From: Lingula anatina
Lineage: Eukaryota; Animalia; Brachiopoda
Length of the DNA stretch: 64,000 bases
Reading direction: 5' to 3'
NCBI GenBank assembly: GCA_051362555.1
Contig: CM120647.1
Span: 17,398,651 to 17,462,650 of the forward strand
The position numbers and the translations under genes were made by a program. The notes under the pieces were generated by a model, which was given only the letters and a program-made list of their open reading frames with translations, was not told the origin of the DNA and ran no database searches. Below are positions 39,501 to 52,409 of the stretch, in pieces. How positions within the stretch are numbered: the stretch's first letter is position 1; each line of letters starts with the position of its first letter.

Positions 39501-42500
39501 CCATTTTCAGAAAAGAAAACGACTCGGAGGACGTTGCCAGTCAGAGTATATACCTGTGGACTTCAAGATTTACTTCACACGTTATCCTCTGACCATAAAG
39601 ATAAAACTTTGAAAACGTTTCAAAGTCCTCAGTCTGGATAGCTGAAACTCCACTAAACTAATTCATCCACAAGTGACAACATATTAATCTGGTATTGAAC
39701 GTATGCTGTTCTGTACACAGTGATTTGAACTACCTGGAGGTGCACCACAGTGCTTTATTCAATACTCAAGGAGCGCTCACGGTTCTGGTGGCTGTGCGTG
39801 CGCTGCTGTACGCGCTAGCGCATGCGGTGACCTTAAAAATACGGGCTGCTATTATCGACTTATTTACTTTGGAATACGCGCAGAGGACAAACATTGATCT
39901 GAGGGTATTAATTACATGTTTGGAAGACAGAAAGTGATATTTAACGGTGCAAATATATCAGGAGATCTTCATTACGGAAAATCAGAGTTACTTGTAATTT
40001 TCAACTGAAAGGCGTTCCATAGCCTATCTGCTCGCCGTTCTCCAACAAATCGTTTATGACGTATTGGAAACATATTGGACATTGGACACGCTATTTACAG
40101 AACACTCAACGGTAAATTGCATTTAAATTGAACGACCAGGATTCCTCGAAATAGAAGACAAGAAGACAAAATCAGCACTGGTATCCCGCAAAAAAAAAGG
40201 AAATTAATCCAAGTCAAGGTCATCAAGGACGGAGAGATCTCGGGCGTGTTCCAGTCATCGCAGACTTGCTTATCTTTTATGAAACTAGCCCTCTTCAGTG
40301 TATTCCTGATCACACTTTGACAATTAATACCCGCCTTGGCTCGATCACACACACAAAAAAAAAATTCTGAGCCAATTTTCCGACTTTTGCGAATCGACAT
40401 TGGACCACTGGTAAAATGCAACGACTTCCGAAACTACGAGCTAATTTCTGGACATGGACGCTGCTGCTGGTCCATAGGGACTACGTGTGCTACGGCGTGT
40501 GCCGCGTGTCACGGTTAAGTGTCCCCAGGAGACCAATGAAAACGGTAATGGGTATTTTAGTTGACGTTCGGGTTGGCAAGCCCGAAGGAAACACATTAAA
40601 GGAACTGTCCCAGAGGAACAGGACCAATTTTCTGTGGTGGTCTCTCAAAAAACATAAACATTGAGATGTACGTGCAAGATGAGTCCCAAAGCAATATTTT
40701 GTTTATTATTATTTTTATTATTATTTGAGGTACGTGTGTTATATAGATAACAAGTTCCATTTTATGGTATGTTATTTGTTCATTTATGGAAACAAATTGG
40801 CGCAAGGCGCAAAAATACATTTATCTAAATGGTTAACTATATACGTATTTCACTCGCAGTCGATTATTATAGCGGTTTAAGTTTGGCCAGATATTGAATG
40901 CGCTTCCGGTCGACAGCGACATATGCTCCGCAGGCAGGTTTATCTTCCTAAACATAATAATAAACAGTTTCAACCAACACAGAACGCCAAGATGGTCGAC
41001 TCTAAACATTATGTGCATAGATATGTATTGATTCTTTTTATGATTCTCTGTTTGTTCTATACGATTTATCAACGTACAGTTATTTTGGGGCCAATAATGT
41101 GATCATCTCATTTGACGGCAAGTGAAGTTGTAAGACGTTCACGTTATATATGCATAATAGGATATGGCAAAAAGGGCTTCACATTTTCATCAATATATTA
41201 TCCTACTCGAGTGCTTGGCTTCCCTCCCACTCCAATCCAATCACAAATAATATAAAATCTAATGGGGAACTAATGTATACCGACGCCACTCGGCAATTCC
41301 GTTGTCATAACAACAATCAATAATGTCATGTGGTCCTAAGGGATTGCAGCTGCCTATCTGGAAATCCACTGTCGTCATCGCAACGATCAATAACACTGAG
41401 TGCAAATATAATTCCTGGAAAATAGCGGCATGGCTGGATTTGAACGTGCTGTTGAAACAAAGGGAGGGATCATCGCCAATTCAACGACCATAAGAGCCTC
41501 ATCTAGTAGCCTCCATCTATTTGGTGAGGTTGCATCACCCGGGTGCTAGTGTATAGTTATACAAATCATCGCTCTGCAGAGTTACAAAGCATGTTATAAC
41601 CGAAGGTTAATGTTTTTCCTTGCTGAATAGACTATAAAAGATGATGGAATCCTAGTTACCTGGTTGCTAACGTATTGTGTCTTCTTGATGCATTTTTTTC
41701 TTTTCTTATATCGTGATTTGATGATGTCCATGAAAACTGCAAACTAAATGAAGTTAATTATTTCATAGTTGGTGATATGGAACGAACCTCGATTTGCTAG
41801 AGACATTTGATCTTTTAAATTAACGAGATATTGTGCGTTGGGGGATATACCCGGTATGTGGTATGGAGAACAAATATCGCACTTGGTTATATACAGGGTT
41901 CATTTATATATATATACTATATAGTAACGTGCAATTGCGTGTGATAATTATTACGGCACTGTCGCCCATGTTGAAAAACTTAAGGTTATTGTTGAAAGAG
42001 TACTTTCGTACAATTGTCTGAAAATATATGTATCATTTATAGCATTTTTTTTTTATTAAAATAGTTATTTACTGAATTTATTTGAAATTTTTATTGATCT
42101 GTCTTATGGTATTCGGTTCTATTCCCTTTTGTGTTGTTTATGACTTGCTGTCTTAGAAATTTAGTTTTACTTTTTAATGAATTTTTTCTATGCTTGTTAG
42201 TTCTTTTATGTTAATTGGGTCTGTATACCCAATATATAATTTAATATATATTTATGTGATTGAACTTATTTTGTGATAGATGTTATTTACATGAATTATT
42301 GTCAGAAAAAAATAAATAAACAAATTCGTAACCATTGTCTGCCTTATTTTCAAGCCATGCATACACTGTAAATAAGCAACATAATGGATGTTCAAGTTGA
42401 TTCCTGCACCTAAAGGCATACTTGAAACGATTGATGCGGTGCTGAGATTTCTTTTCTAAGTCTAAAAATAACAAACTTTTTAATTTCTCACCCCTTCAAC

Positions 42501-42832
42501 ACGCACATGTTGTGTTACCCATTTCGTTTCAATTGAACCACCCCTATCTGATATACAACTAAACTCACCTATGACCTTTCCAAGCAAGCTTCATCTCTTT
42601 GATTCTTAACGGCCTCCAGGTTAACCAATTACGGTAGTTTATTTATTTACCGCTGGACGATAAACAAACCGTGTCATTGACGAGTCTAGTAGAAATACAT
42701 GTAGTTCATACTAGTATGGCAGTTATTTATCGCAATACAAACCAGACCTGCCAGTTAAAAACCAGAAGACACTCGGACGTTCTGGAATTACCTGCACCAC
42801 GCCTTCTCTCACCCTAATGTAGGCCTACCATG

Positions 42833-43086
42833 CAGGGGCGGATCTAGGATTATTTGAAAAGGGGAGGGGGGGGCCGCGGATGCGAAGCCGACCTCCCCCC
42901 CCCCCCCCCCCCCCCCCGCGCCTTGACGTATTGCTTGGGGCCCGAAATGTTTTGGTATTTTAGAGGGCGAACGGTGAGAACTATGATTTAGCTAGTTAAA
43001 ACTCTAATTTCAAAAGAGGACCATTGATGTAATTTTTTTTCAGAAATCGAAGGGGGGGGGTCAGGACTTCCCTGAATCCTTCACTG
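42833..43086. mobile_element. MITE family A, third copy
   Basis: CAGGGGCGGATCTAGG…TGAATCCTTCACTG; internal homology to 31641-31961; TSD CCATG/CAATG (1 mismatch). Confidence 0.8.
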
Positions 43087-45955
43087 CAATGTAATATATT
43101 TAAACACTTTTTCTCCATCGATACGCACTAGACTGATTAAGGTATTGCATTCATTACGTTTTGGGATTGGCGTATTATGATACGCGGTACAATAAAATTT
43201 CCATCAACAATCAATTAATCTAATTATTGCTTATAATAAACAATAAATAAATGGCCCGCTGTGCAGGGAATCGCTGTGGCAACATACTTTGCAGTCTGCC
43301 ATGCTTTAAGATTTTTTATTTTAACGCTTTCGTAATTCTGAGGTAACGTGTGTATAAAAAGATACTAATAATGAATTATTTTAAGGCGCATTTATTTCAT
43401 TACAAATATGATATAATAGTCAGAATATTTAGATATTTTTCGGTCTAGATATAACTGCTAAGAAGAGAATAACAAGAGAGAAAGAGAGAGGAGGAAAAGA
43501 GAGAAAGGGAAAGCGAACAGACAGAATTAAAACATCTATCTCAGAGAGAGAGGGGGTGCGAGTGTGCTTATTTGTAAGGGTAAAGGGAAGAAATTAATAC
43601 CCCTGCCTTCGTAGAAACCATCAGCTGCTGATAGGTAATTATATCTAGTATTACGCATTATCAGCCGTCTGCCAGGCTGAGAACTGTCTACACTGGCAGT
43701 AATCCGAGATCCTCTTTATTGGATTTACCGTGCATCCTGGACTCTGGGGGCGCAATCGGTTGGTTGCACACCAAACACATTTGGGGCTGGTGTGCTGACT
43801 TGGTTTGCCATCCTGGAGCAAATGAGGTTCAGTTTATTACATTGTTATAAATAAAAATCATTCCCGTGAGGTTGTTGAAGGACTTTGTGTTTGGTGAGTC
43901 TCTCTCTTTCTCTCTCTCTCTGTATGTGTATGTGTCTGTGTATGTGTGTGTGTGTGTGTGCGCGCGCGCGCGCACGGGCGTGAAGGAAATAGAGAGAGAG
44001 AGACCGAAAGAGAGAGATAAAGAGAGAGAGAGTAAGAAAGAAAAAGAGAGGGACCGGTAATGTTCAACTACTGATCAACAGTATACTGGGGTATGAGGTA
44101 CTTTCTTTTCTAAATTCAGCCTTGCCAAAAAATCGAAGAAGTAAATGAATAAAGTATGAGCGAGGGAGTCCATCGACCACTGCGCGTGAATGTACACGGC
44201 CAGCAGCACCCTTTAATTACATTTAATAAATCCCTTCCTTGCGTACCGACGAGATCAGTGATTAACGCACGTGAAACGCCACCCTCAGGCAAATACAAAC
44301 GCGTCCGCCCCACCTGTCTCTGCGGAGAATTCACCGCCCGAGGTCCGCCTCACCCCGCGCGTGTCACGAGCACGCGCGTGATGCCTACGGGGAAGTATCA
44401 CTCCCTTGATTACCACAGAGGGAAAACAATTTCTAAATTTAATTAAAATCACATCAGAAGTCTCGGAGGCACGGCTAATGTGCCTGGGTATTAATAGTTG
44501 GACCGGTTTTCATGTTCACCCGGTCACTGGGGCATGCATGTATTATGTACAGAGCAGTGAAGGGGACGCTGGGGTCTCCAGAGGTCTTATAGATCGGTAT
44601 TGGGCTTCATGTTTGCAATAACGCAAACCGGACAAAACATAGATTGGAGTTTATTGAATTATAGATAAGGGGAATCTTGAATAACTGAAAACGACACCTT
44701 TGTACATATAGGTTTGTAGATTGTGTTGATTTTAGGCGATGGATTACAAAAAAAAAGAAAAAAAAACAGCACATTGCCAAAGTCGAATTCTCAAGCCTCG
44801 GTGACAGCCTGACGAAGGTATTTTAGGATCGTGTTAGGATTAGGATGCGAATTTTGGGTGCAGTGTAGGCCGTGGAGGTCGCGTAGAGGTAGAGGAAAGG
44901 CAGCAAGGGGCTGCCTTGCGAGTGGCAGGAGCCACGTGAGATGGCCTTTCAAGCAGGGACGCTAATTGCAAGATGCGTTTCCCATGGACATCATACTCAT
45001 TACTTGAGTTTGTCTTGCTACCTGCGTACGTGACACGCACTCACCGCTTACGAAGAGAATGGAACACACGTCGAAAGTAATTCAGACTCCCGTCACTTTT
45101 GCGTCACAGTTGCCTCACACGCTTGTGATGACGTACCGACAGCGTACGTCAGTTTTGCGTGATCTAACTAGGGATATATATATACAGGATTATTCTCTGC
45201 TATTTAAGCTTCTTCTCTCTGCATTTTGAAAGTATATTGAATGTTGAATTGAGCAAATTTCGAATTTTTTGAAAATTGTCCGAGTTACACACGTTGCAGT
45301 AGTGTGTGTATTGTGACGGGGGCTTTTACGTGTGATAAAAGCGCGTCACTGTAAAGTTATAAACAACTCTCTTTTTCCTCTAAAAGGAATTTTATTCTGC
45401 GCACACGGACTACATCAAGTTGAAGATGTGACCACAACGTCTCTCCCTCAGTTACTCCTTCCTATGCTACTACTTTCCCGACTCGCAGAACATTTACCGA
45501 ACACTTGCCGAACACTTGCCGAACACACCGAATGCGGCAAAATGCTGCATTTTTATAACAAAATTAGGGCGACAGGTGGTTCACATCTCACGTCAAGGAT
45601 GGACATTTTTGATTCAACATTTACCTAATTATTAGAAATACTGATTCTAGACCTTCGATTTAAATAGTGTGATTTGCCCGGTTCTTTGATTCTTAATATT
45701 TAATTTTGACCGAACCGGAACTGGTCATTTTCCCGAACTAGCGAAGTGCTTATTAAATACTAATACATGACACCAAGAGATATGAACGTCTAATGAGACT
45801 TATGTTGTTTTTGCAATCTTATTGTAACTAATGAATTTTAAATGTTTTTAAAACTTAAATTAAGTTCTTACTACAATTTGTAACACTACCGTGTTATAGT
45901 ATATATACATGTTCCTATACAACATAAACTCAATCCAAAAAGTGAAATATGCTTT

Positions 45956-46034
<79 letters not shown>

Positions 46035-46039
<5 letters not shown>

Positions 46040-46177
46040 TTAGCAGAACCTAGGATATATGGATATATCACTGAAAGTTTGAAGAAACGAAACACCAATT
46101 AATAACAATAGTCGATAAAAGAGCCTATAAAAGAGCCTAGAGCCTATAAAATGTAACCTATATACTTTAGTGCTCAA

Positions 46178-46222
<45 letters not shown>

Positions 46223-47616
46223 AACTAATGTCTAGAAAAAGTAATCAACACGTGTGACATATCTGTCACATAAGACAGTAGTCGCCCAATACGCCATCGC
46301 ACAAACCGGAGAACTAATTCACTAAGGCCGGAAATTCAAATCTATCATTTTATTGAATTATATTAAAAGGCATTGGCTGATGTCAATATCTTTGGAAACA
46401 GCTGATTTTGCCAATACTCGTAAATCGAAAATGAAAAAGCAGCCACTGGTTTGATACGCAGTTCATTTGCCGAGCCTGGGCGGTGAACGTGGCACGCGGG
46501 TTCGGTTAATAGCAGTCCACTCACTCTTCAGACGCTTAATATTGTTTCTCATTGCTGAAATCGCATCAGTGTTTCACTTGTCAACCTTGAGAATTCATGT
46601 TAATTCACCGTATAGATCTTAATGAAAATAGAAGTATATATATTGATGCACCTTTGAAGATCTACATTACAGTTGTAAAATACAATCCGAGCTTTCACTT
46701 GTCTACCTTCCAACCATACGCATGATGAAGACACTTAGTTGCCCAGCCACATTTTTTACCGAGAAGTGACAAAGATACGGTTCATTACATTGTAACTCTG
46801 AAAGCATTGGGAGGGGGGATGGAAGGGGGCTGGAGGAGAGGTTCGGATGGATATAATAATAACAAATACATCCCCTGTCTATGTCTGATAACGTTGAGTG
46901 AGTGTTTTAATGATCCTGTTCAGGTCTTGGTCTAGAGTAAATATGGCCTTCACAATGCTAATTTGCTCCAGGCCCTAAACTTGAAATGAAGCTACAGGAG
47001 GGGGTGGGGGTGTGGGCGTGGGCGTGGGATTGTACATGGGGGTGAAGTCATTAGTGGTGTCAGTTGGTGGGCCGGACGAAATGTTTCTGCATTGAGGCCT
47101 GTTTAACGTTGCAGTTACTTTTAAGCGGCGATCTCCTGTTATAATATCCGGATTATTGCCAGACTCATTTATGAAAAATGACACTAGTTTCTGGTCGGCA
47201 TAATCGTTTTTGAAACACGACGCTAGTTTCGGGATTCCAGGTTCATTTACTGAAAACGACATTCTTTCCTCTTGCCATAATCGCTTTTGAAAAACTACAC
47301 CAGCTTCTGGTTGCCACAATCTCTTTTTTAAAACTAACACAACTGGGTACTTTTCTGTTGCCGTAATAGTTTTTGAAAAAAAATAATGATGCTCAATACT
47401 CTCTGGTAACCAGAATCGCTTTTGAAGAAAACGACACCATATAGTTTCAGGTAGTCAGAATCGCAATTTTAACAACGGTACTAATTTCCTGTTGCCAATT
47501 TTTTTATGAGATAAAACACTATAGACTCTGGACACTAACTGCCCCCCCCCCCCCCCCCGCCCTTCCGATTACAAAAGAAAAAATGATGTACAAGAACCTA
47601 GGTTCTGCTAACCATA
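46035..47616. mobile_element. Unclassified 1.58-kb element bounded by perfect 20-bp inverted repeats, next to a (TA)n tract
   Basis: TATGGTTAGCAGAACCTAGG (46035-46054) is the exact reverse complement of 47597-47616; left flank (CA)n(TA)n, right flank (CATA)n; no transposase seen. Confidence 0.6.
47150..47505. repeat. Degenerate ~37-48-bp minisatellite, about 8-9 copies
   Basis: Approximate consensus GAAAACGACACTAGTTTCTGGTTGCCATAATCGCTTTT. Confidence 0.8.
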
Positions 47617-48230
47617 CATACATACCACATAAAAATATGACTTCCAACAAAAGGGACTTTAGGCCACTGCGTTTTAAAAGACCATATGAGTTCAACTTGA
47701 CATTTGCCATTGACGAAAATGCACGTAAGCATCGAAAATCGGATCAAAGTCTTTTTCTTAGAGCGTTTCACACAAGTATCTCGCCTCCTGACGTCTTAAA
47801 GTACATTTATACATGGCCTTAAAATCCAATAACTTGTTCAGTACAACCAGGTCCTGCCAGTTGAACAGGCACCATGCCTGGCCCGAACATAAAACAAGTG
47901 CTTAATGGATGTCCAAAGCGAGGCTCTGCCCTTGTCTGATGTTTTGCCAAATAGTCATCTACACGCAAACTTGTGCTCGGTCGCTTTATCTTCACTCTTT
48001 TTACGAGGGTTTCTGCATGTAGTATATCTGCTCATACTCCAGCTTCTGATGGATAGTTTTATATATATATCTATACATTATGTACAGTGTATAAGATGAA
48101 TACATCAGTATTACTTTTATTACTTTAAACTACATGTACAACATATCTTGCTTGTTTGTTTCTTTTTGCTATGTGTGTTTGTCTGGTTCTTCTTTCTTTC
48201 TTTCTTTCTCCCTTTCTTACCTTTTCACAG

Positions 48231-48269
48231 TGCCCAAGTTAGGTGACAGATGCAGCTGACTGAACACAG
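48231..48269 (+). other. Probable 39-nt non-coding exon
   Basis: Very long polypyrimidine tract ending TTTTCACAG| and donor CAG|GTAGTA; stops in all three frames. Confidence 0.4.
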
Positions 48270-50465
48270 GTAGTATAGATAAGGGCACAGGTACTCTAGA
48301 ACAGTCGTCAAACTGCTGCCATGAATTGTGACACCTCTGTTGAACTCTCTTTCACACACTCATTTCCACACCAAATAATCCATACATCAATTAACTGATA
48401 ACTTTTGAATGTGTGTCAAATGTATGACAATGTATGAAAGTATGACAAATTGCAATCAACGTCTTCAATAGCAGCCTGGTAGTGTACTATTTTCTCTACT
48501 TGCGTTCGGTCCTATCAATTTAAGTATTTTAAGAACTGACATTTAAAAGCTGTTGCTGGCGTTGCGGAGGCCAGTGCACACCTGTGGGGGTTACACTATC
48601 ACGTTAACTGTACTCACCGCTGTAACCACTCTTCAAAGCTTCCCCGCTTTTCAATGATATGCATGTCCTGTTTTAAACTGTTTTAGACTGAAACTTAGCC
48701 CCACGCGTATAACAATGTAATGTAATTGATTATTCTCAAGGTGCTTCTCCTTGTTGTGTTCTTTTTGCTTTCTCATCTCTCCCCATAACTTAATTTTCAT
48801 CAACGTTTAATTGAATTGATTTCTAAGCCTTTAAAGAAGACTTGGGTATATATGCTTTGTGGCTTCTAGTTACTTTGCCAGGTGAATAGGGAAATAATTG
48901 GAAATGAAACTCTACTTGTTTTATGTATTGGAACATTTTGTTTGCTCCCAATAATTTGACGAAAGCAAATGTAACTGTTCGTGTAAAAGTACACAACAGT
49001 CCACGTTTAGAATTTCATTAAATTTATAAGCGTGAAAGAACTGCATTGTTATAAACTTGAAGTACATTTTCTACTAGTTGCCAAAATGGAAAGGAAAACA
49101 ATATTCAAGACTGATCTAACTGATGGCAAGGTTTGGCAGGTCTCTTACTCTTACAACCTAATAAGAGTCTGCGAATCTGCAGAATTAAGCAAATCTGACG
49201 AAAAAGAATGCCATAAACACAAATACACACCTCTTGGTCCTAATTAACTGCATCAGACGACAAAATGCCAGAGAAAATAGACCGTCTTTGCACATTAAAA
49301 TCTTAAAACATATGTTTAGCAATCTGGATATGTAGAGAAGCAGAGAAATTACTGTAGATTCTGGTGACGGGCTTACATTTTCTAGTGGTACCGATAACAA
49401 CGTTGGATGGTTGGTGTATTACTTCGAAAGTGCAGTATCAGATTCATTATTTCCTGTTATATGACATCACACATGAATGACTCAGAACATTCACTTTCTT
49501 CCATTTTCTAAACCTTGCTACTGGGAAACTAACCAGACTGGCTTTGAATTAACGATAGTGCATGACCAACCCTGCAGAGCATTTGTTTGTTTTTCTATCC
49601 GTGGTCAATATCAATGGGTAGAGTACACGATGCCCGGTAGATGATGTATTCAATCTGATATAAACGCATTCTGGGGTTATGTTAACTCTAGAATACAGCG
49701 TTTACTGCGTTGGAAACTCCTAGGGACGCGGAGGCTTAGTGAGTTAAGAGGAAATAAGGTTTGCTTTAATACTTATACTGATATTAAATATGATGGTAAT
49801 ATGTCATTTCAGATTATTAGATGGCATGAATGTTGAATGCATTCCTATAGATTTCCCAGGATTTGTTATCTTATCGAATGTCAGTTAACCTTCATATAGA
49901 CGTCTCTTAATTAAAAATGTTGTTGTTATCATACCTTTTTGTATCGGTCATACTTATACTTAATGACTAAAAAGTTTCAAATCACAACAAAATACACATA
50001 GGAATAAATGGAATTTGAAAAGTATGTTATATCAAAGGCATGATAAGAATCGATTAAATACAAAAACATTTTTATATCTAAAACATACCTATAAAGGATA
50101 ATAGACAAATTTTATTTCTTTTCCACCATAAAAAGAAAACGGTTTTAGGCAGAGAAAAAGTAACATTATCCACACTAATATACCTTTCAATACAAATTTT
50201 CTATATGACTTATATCAGCATAAAGGCAGCACGCAAATGCCAGAATTGATCGACCTCTTCGCAGTATCACAAACGAGACTTCATCGACACATCGCGCCTT
50301 TCAGGCTCTGAGAAATTGATTAAAGTAGATGGCGTCTGCACCTTGATTCCTGGGAACGCCGGCTTGCTTTGAAAGGGTGCCTTGTAATTTTCATAACATC
50401 TATCGATCGCAAATCAATTTAGCGCGTTGCAGTGCGGTGCACTTGTCGTGTGCGAATCGTGGCGG

Positions 50466-50579
50466 TCAGTCACTTGGCGCGCTTTAATACAGAAGCAGAC
50501 GACACTTCATTACGCTAGCAGACGACACGTAACAGAGCGAGCTGACACTCAGGAAGAAGACAATACGAAGACAACTTAG
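50466..50579 (+). promoter_or_regulatory. Probable transcription start and non-coding first exon of a gene continuing to the right
   Basis: CpG-rich patch, initiator-like TCAGTC at 50466-50471, ATG-free leader, donor TAG|GTGGGT at 50579/50580. Confidence 0.45.
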
Positions 50580-51159
50580 GTGGGTGTCGGTGGCTGGCGT
50601 CTTTTTAACACTTTAAGTCCAGTGGTTTTTTATTAATGTGACAAAGAACGTGGATTAACTTATATATGTGGTCTATATATACTGTTACCTGTGATTTGCC
50701 GCTGTCAATTGTCACGTACAAACTGACGTGGCACGACGGCGGCTGCATTTTTTTGAGGCATTCTAAGTAAAACTGTGGAACTGTTTTGCTTTGCAAATGG
50801 TCAGTTAATAATATGACTTCTTTGTATGTGGACAATATGTGAGGTGAAATAGCCAGATGCCAGAAATTGCACGATGTAATTGGTTAACAATCAGTGACCA
50901 TTTTTGCTAGCAGATGTTGGCTTTCCTTGAAAATCCGTTATGGCAAATTGTCTCATCGATCGTTAATTTTCGAGATAGGCCTACTCAGGGCAAATGACGC
51001 GAAATGTTAACCTCACCGCAGCGTTCTACCCACATTCAACAATTATGCCTTTGTGATACCGTATACATTTTCATATTAAACGATAGTTACCGAAACGCTT
51101 CCTCATCACCTATGCATCACACATACGGGCTCTGTTGTTTTGTGATGTCGCTGGTTGAA

Positions 51160-51498
51160 ATGCGGCGGTTTTCAGACTCGAGATCTCTCTCACAACTGCC
51201 GTTCAAATATTCATTTCTGAATTATTTAGAGTATACTTCAACAATACAAGTCCATGGCCAGGCTTTACTTTTCTCCTTTGACGGATTCTACTGCCGTGAA
51301 ATATTGAAATATTTCAGACTAAAGATTTTATGCTATAGGATATTACACAGTGCGCTGGTAGAGGACCCCTACGTGCTGGGTAGCGGAGGGGAGGTTTCTG
51401 TCACCGTGAATATATACTGAAGTATACTCTAAATAATTCAGAAAGGAATATTTGAACGGCAGTTGAGAGAGAGGTTTCGAGCCTGAAAACCGCTGCAT
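51160..51498. mobile_element. Foldback/MITE-like element with ~81-bp inverted arms
   Basis: 51160-51240 is a near-exact reverse complement of 51418-51498. Confidence 0.8.
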
Positions 51499-51715
51499 CA
51501 AATGCAGTAGTTACAAGTCATATTTATATCGAGTATGGTTTGTTACTACTGTCTTTGATGATCTGTTTATATTATTTTGCAATTTTATTATTGCTGAAGC
51601 AAAAACCATTTTTTCTCTCTCTCTCTCTCTCAAACACACACACACACACGCGTGCACAGTGCACTGCGGTGTTCCATTAAATCTAAGACATTTGAATCAT
51701 AACAAACATCTCTCT

Positions 51716-51752
<37 letters not shown>

Positions 51753-52107
51753 TCTCTCTCTTCCATTGTCTTTGCGGTCTCTCTCTCTCTAATGTTTAAG
51801 CGGTCGATACCCACAGCTTGGATTTAAGATAACTAGGCAAATAAAGACAATTGTGGGTGATTCCAGGAGCTCCTGTTTATACAGCTAATGTAATATAGAA
51901 GGCAATACTTCATATTTACACCTTAGATCTTTCCATTAAGAATCGATATTCACCACGATACTTCATGCAGGCGGGGTTTTAATACTATATAAATGACCCA
52001 TCCAGCAGTTACATTGTACATACTTGGGTTCTTTAAAGACCGACTGAAATCTCCTCGACTGAAATTTCAGATCTAGAATAAAGTAGAAGCCCAGTAATAA
52101 ATATCAA

Positions 52108-52409
52108 AGGGATGTAAACTCGTCATCTTGGCAGAAAAGTGCCATTAAACGAATTTTCTGGGGTAAACGACAATATCCCCATACTTCCCAATGGCATATA
52201 AATCCGTTTTGACGTTCAAAGTTATTCGAAAATTAAGGACTAAAACCATCTCTGAAGGTCCAAGTAGTCCAATGGCAAGCACAGATTTTAGAGTTATTAC
52301 GATAACCGCCGTTTTTTGGTGGTAAAATGAAATTTACGTTATTTTTATTTTTTGTTTACACTGTAATTATTGTGGACTTTTGAATCTGATATGAAGAGTT
52401 GTAATCCCT
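52108..52409. mobile_element. Kolobok-like MITE remnant
   Basis: Imperfect TIRs AGGGATGTAAACTCGTCAT / AGGGATTACAACTCTTCAT flanked by TCAA / TTAA. Confidence 0.5.

Noticed and set aside
47150-47505. Repeat array as a possible CRISPR
   Set aside because: Eukaryotic context, degenerate head-to-tail units without unique spacers, no cas genes.
51004-51420. 138-aa ORF
   Set aside because: Runs through a foldback element; no recognisable protein features.
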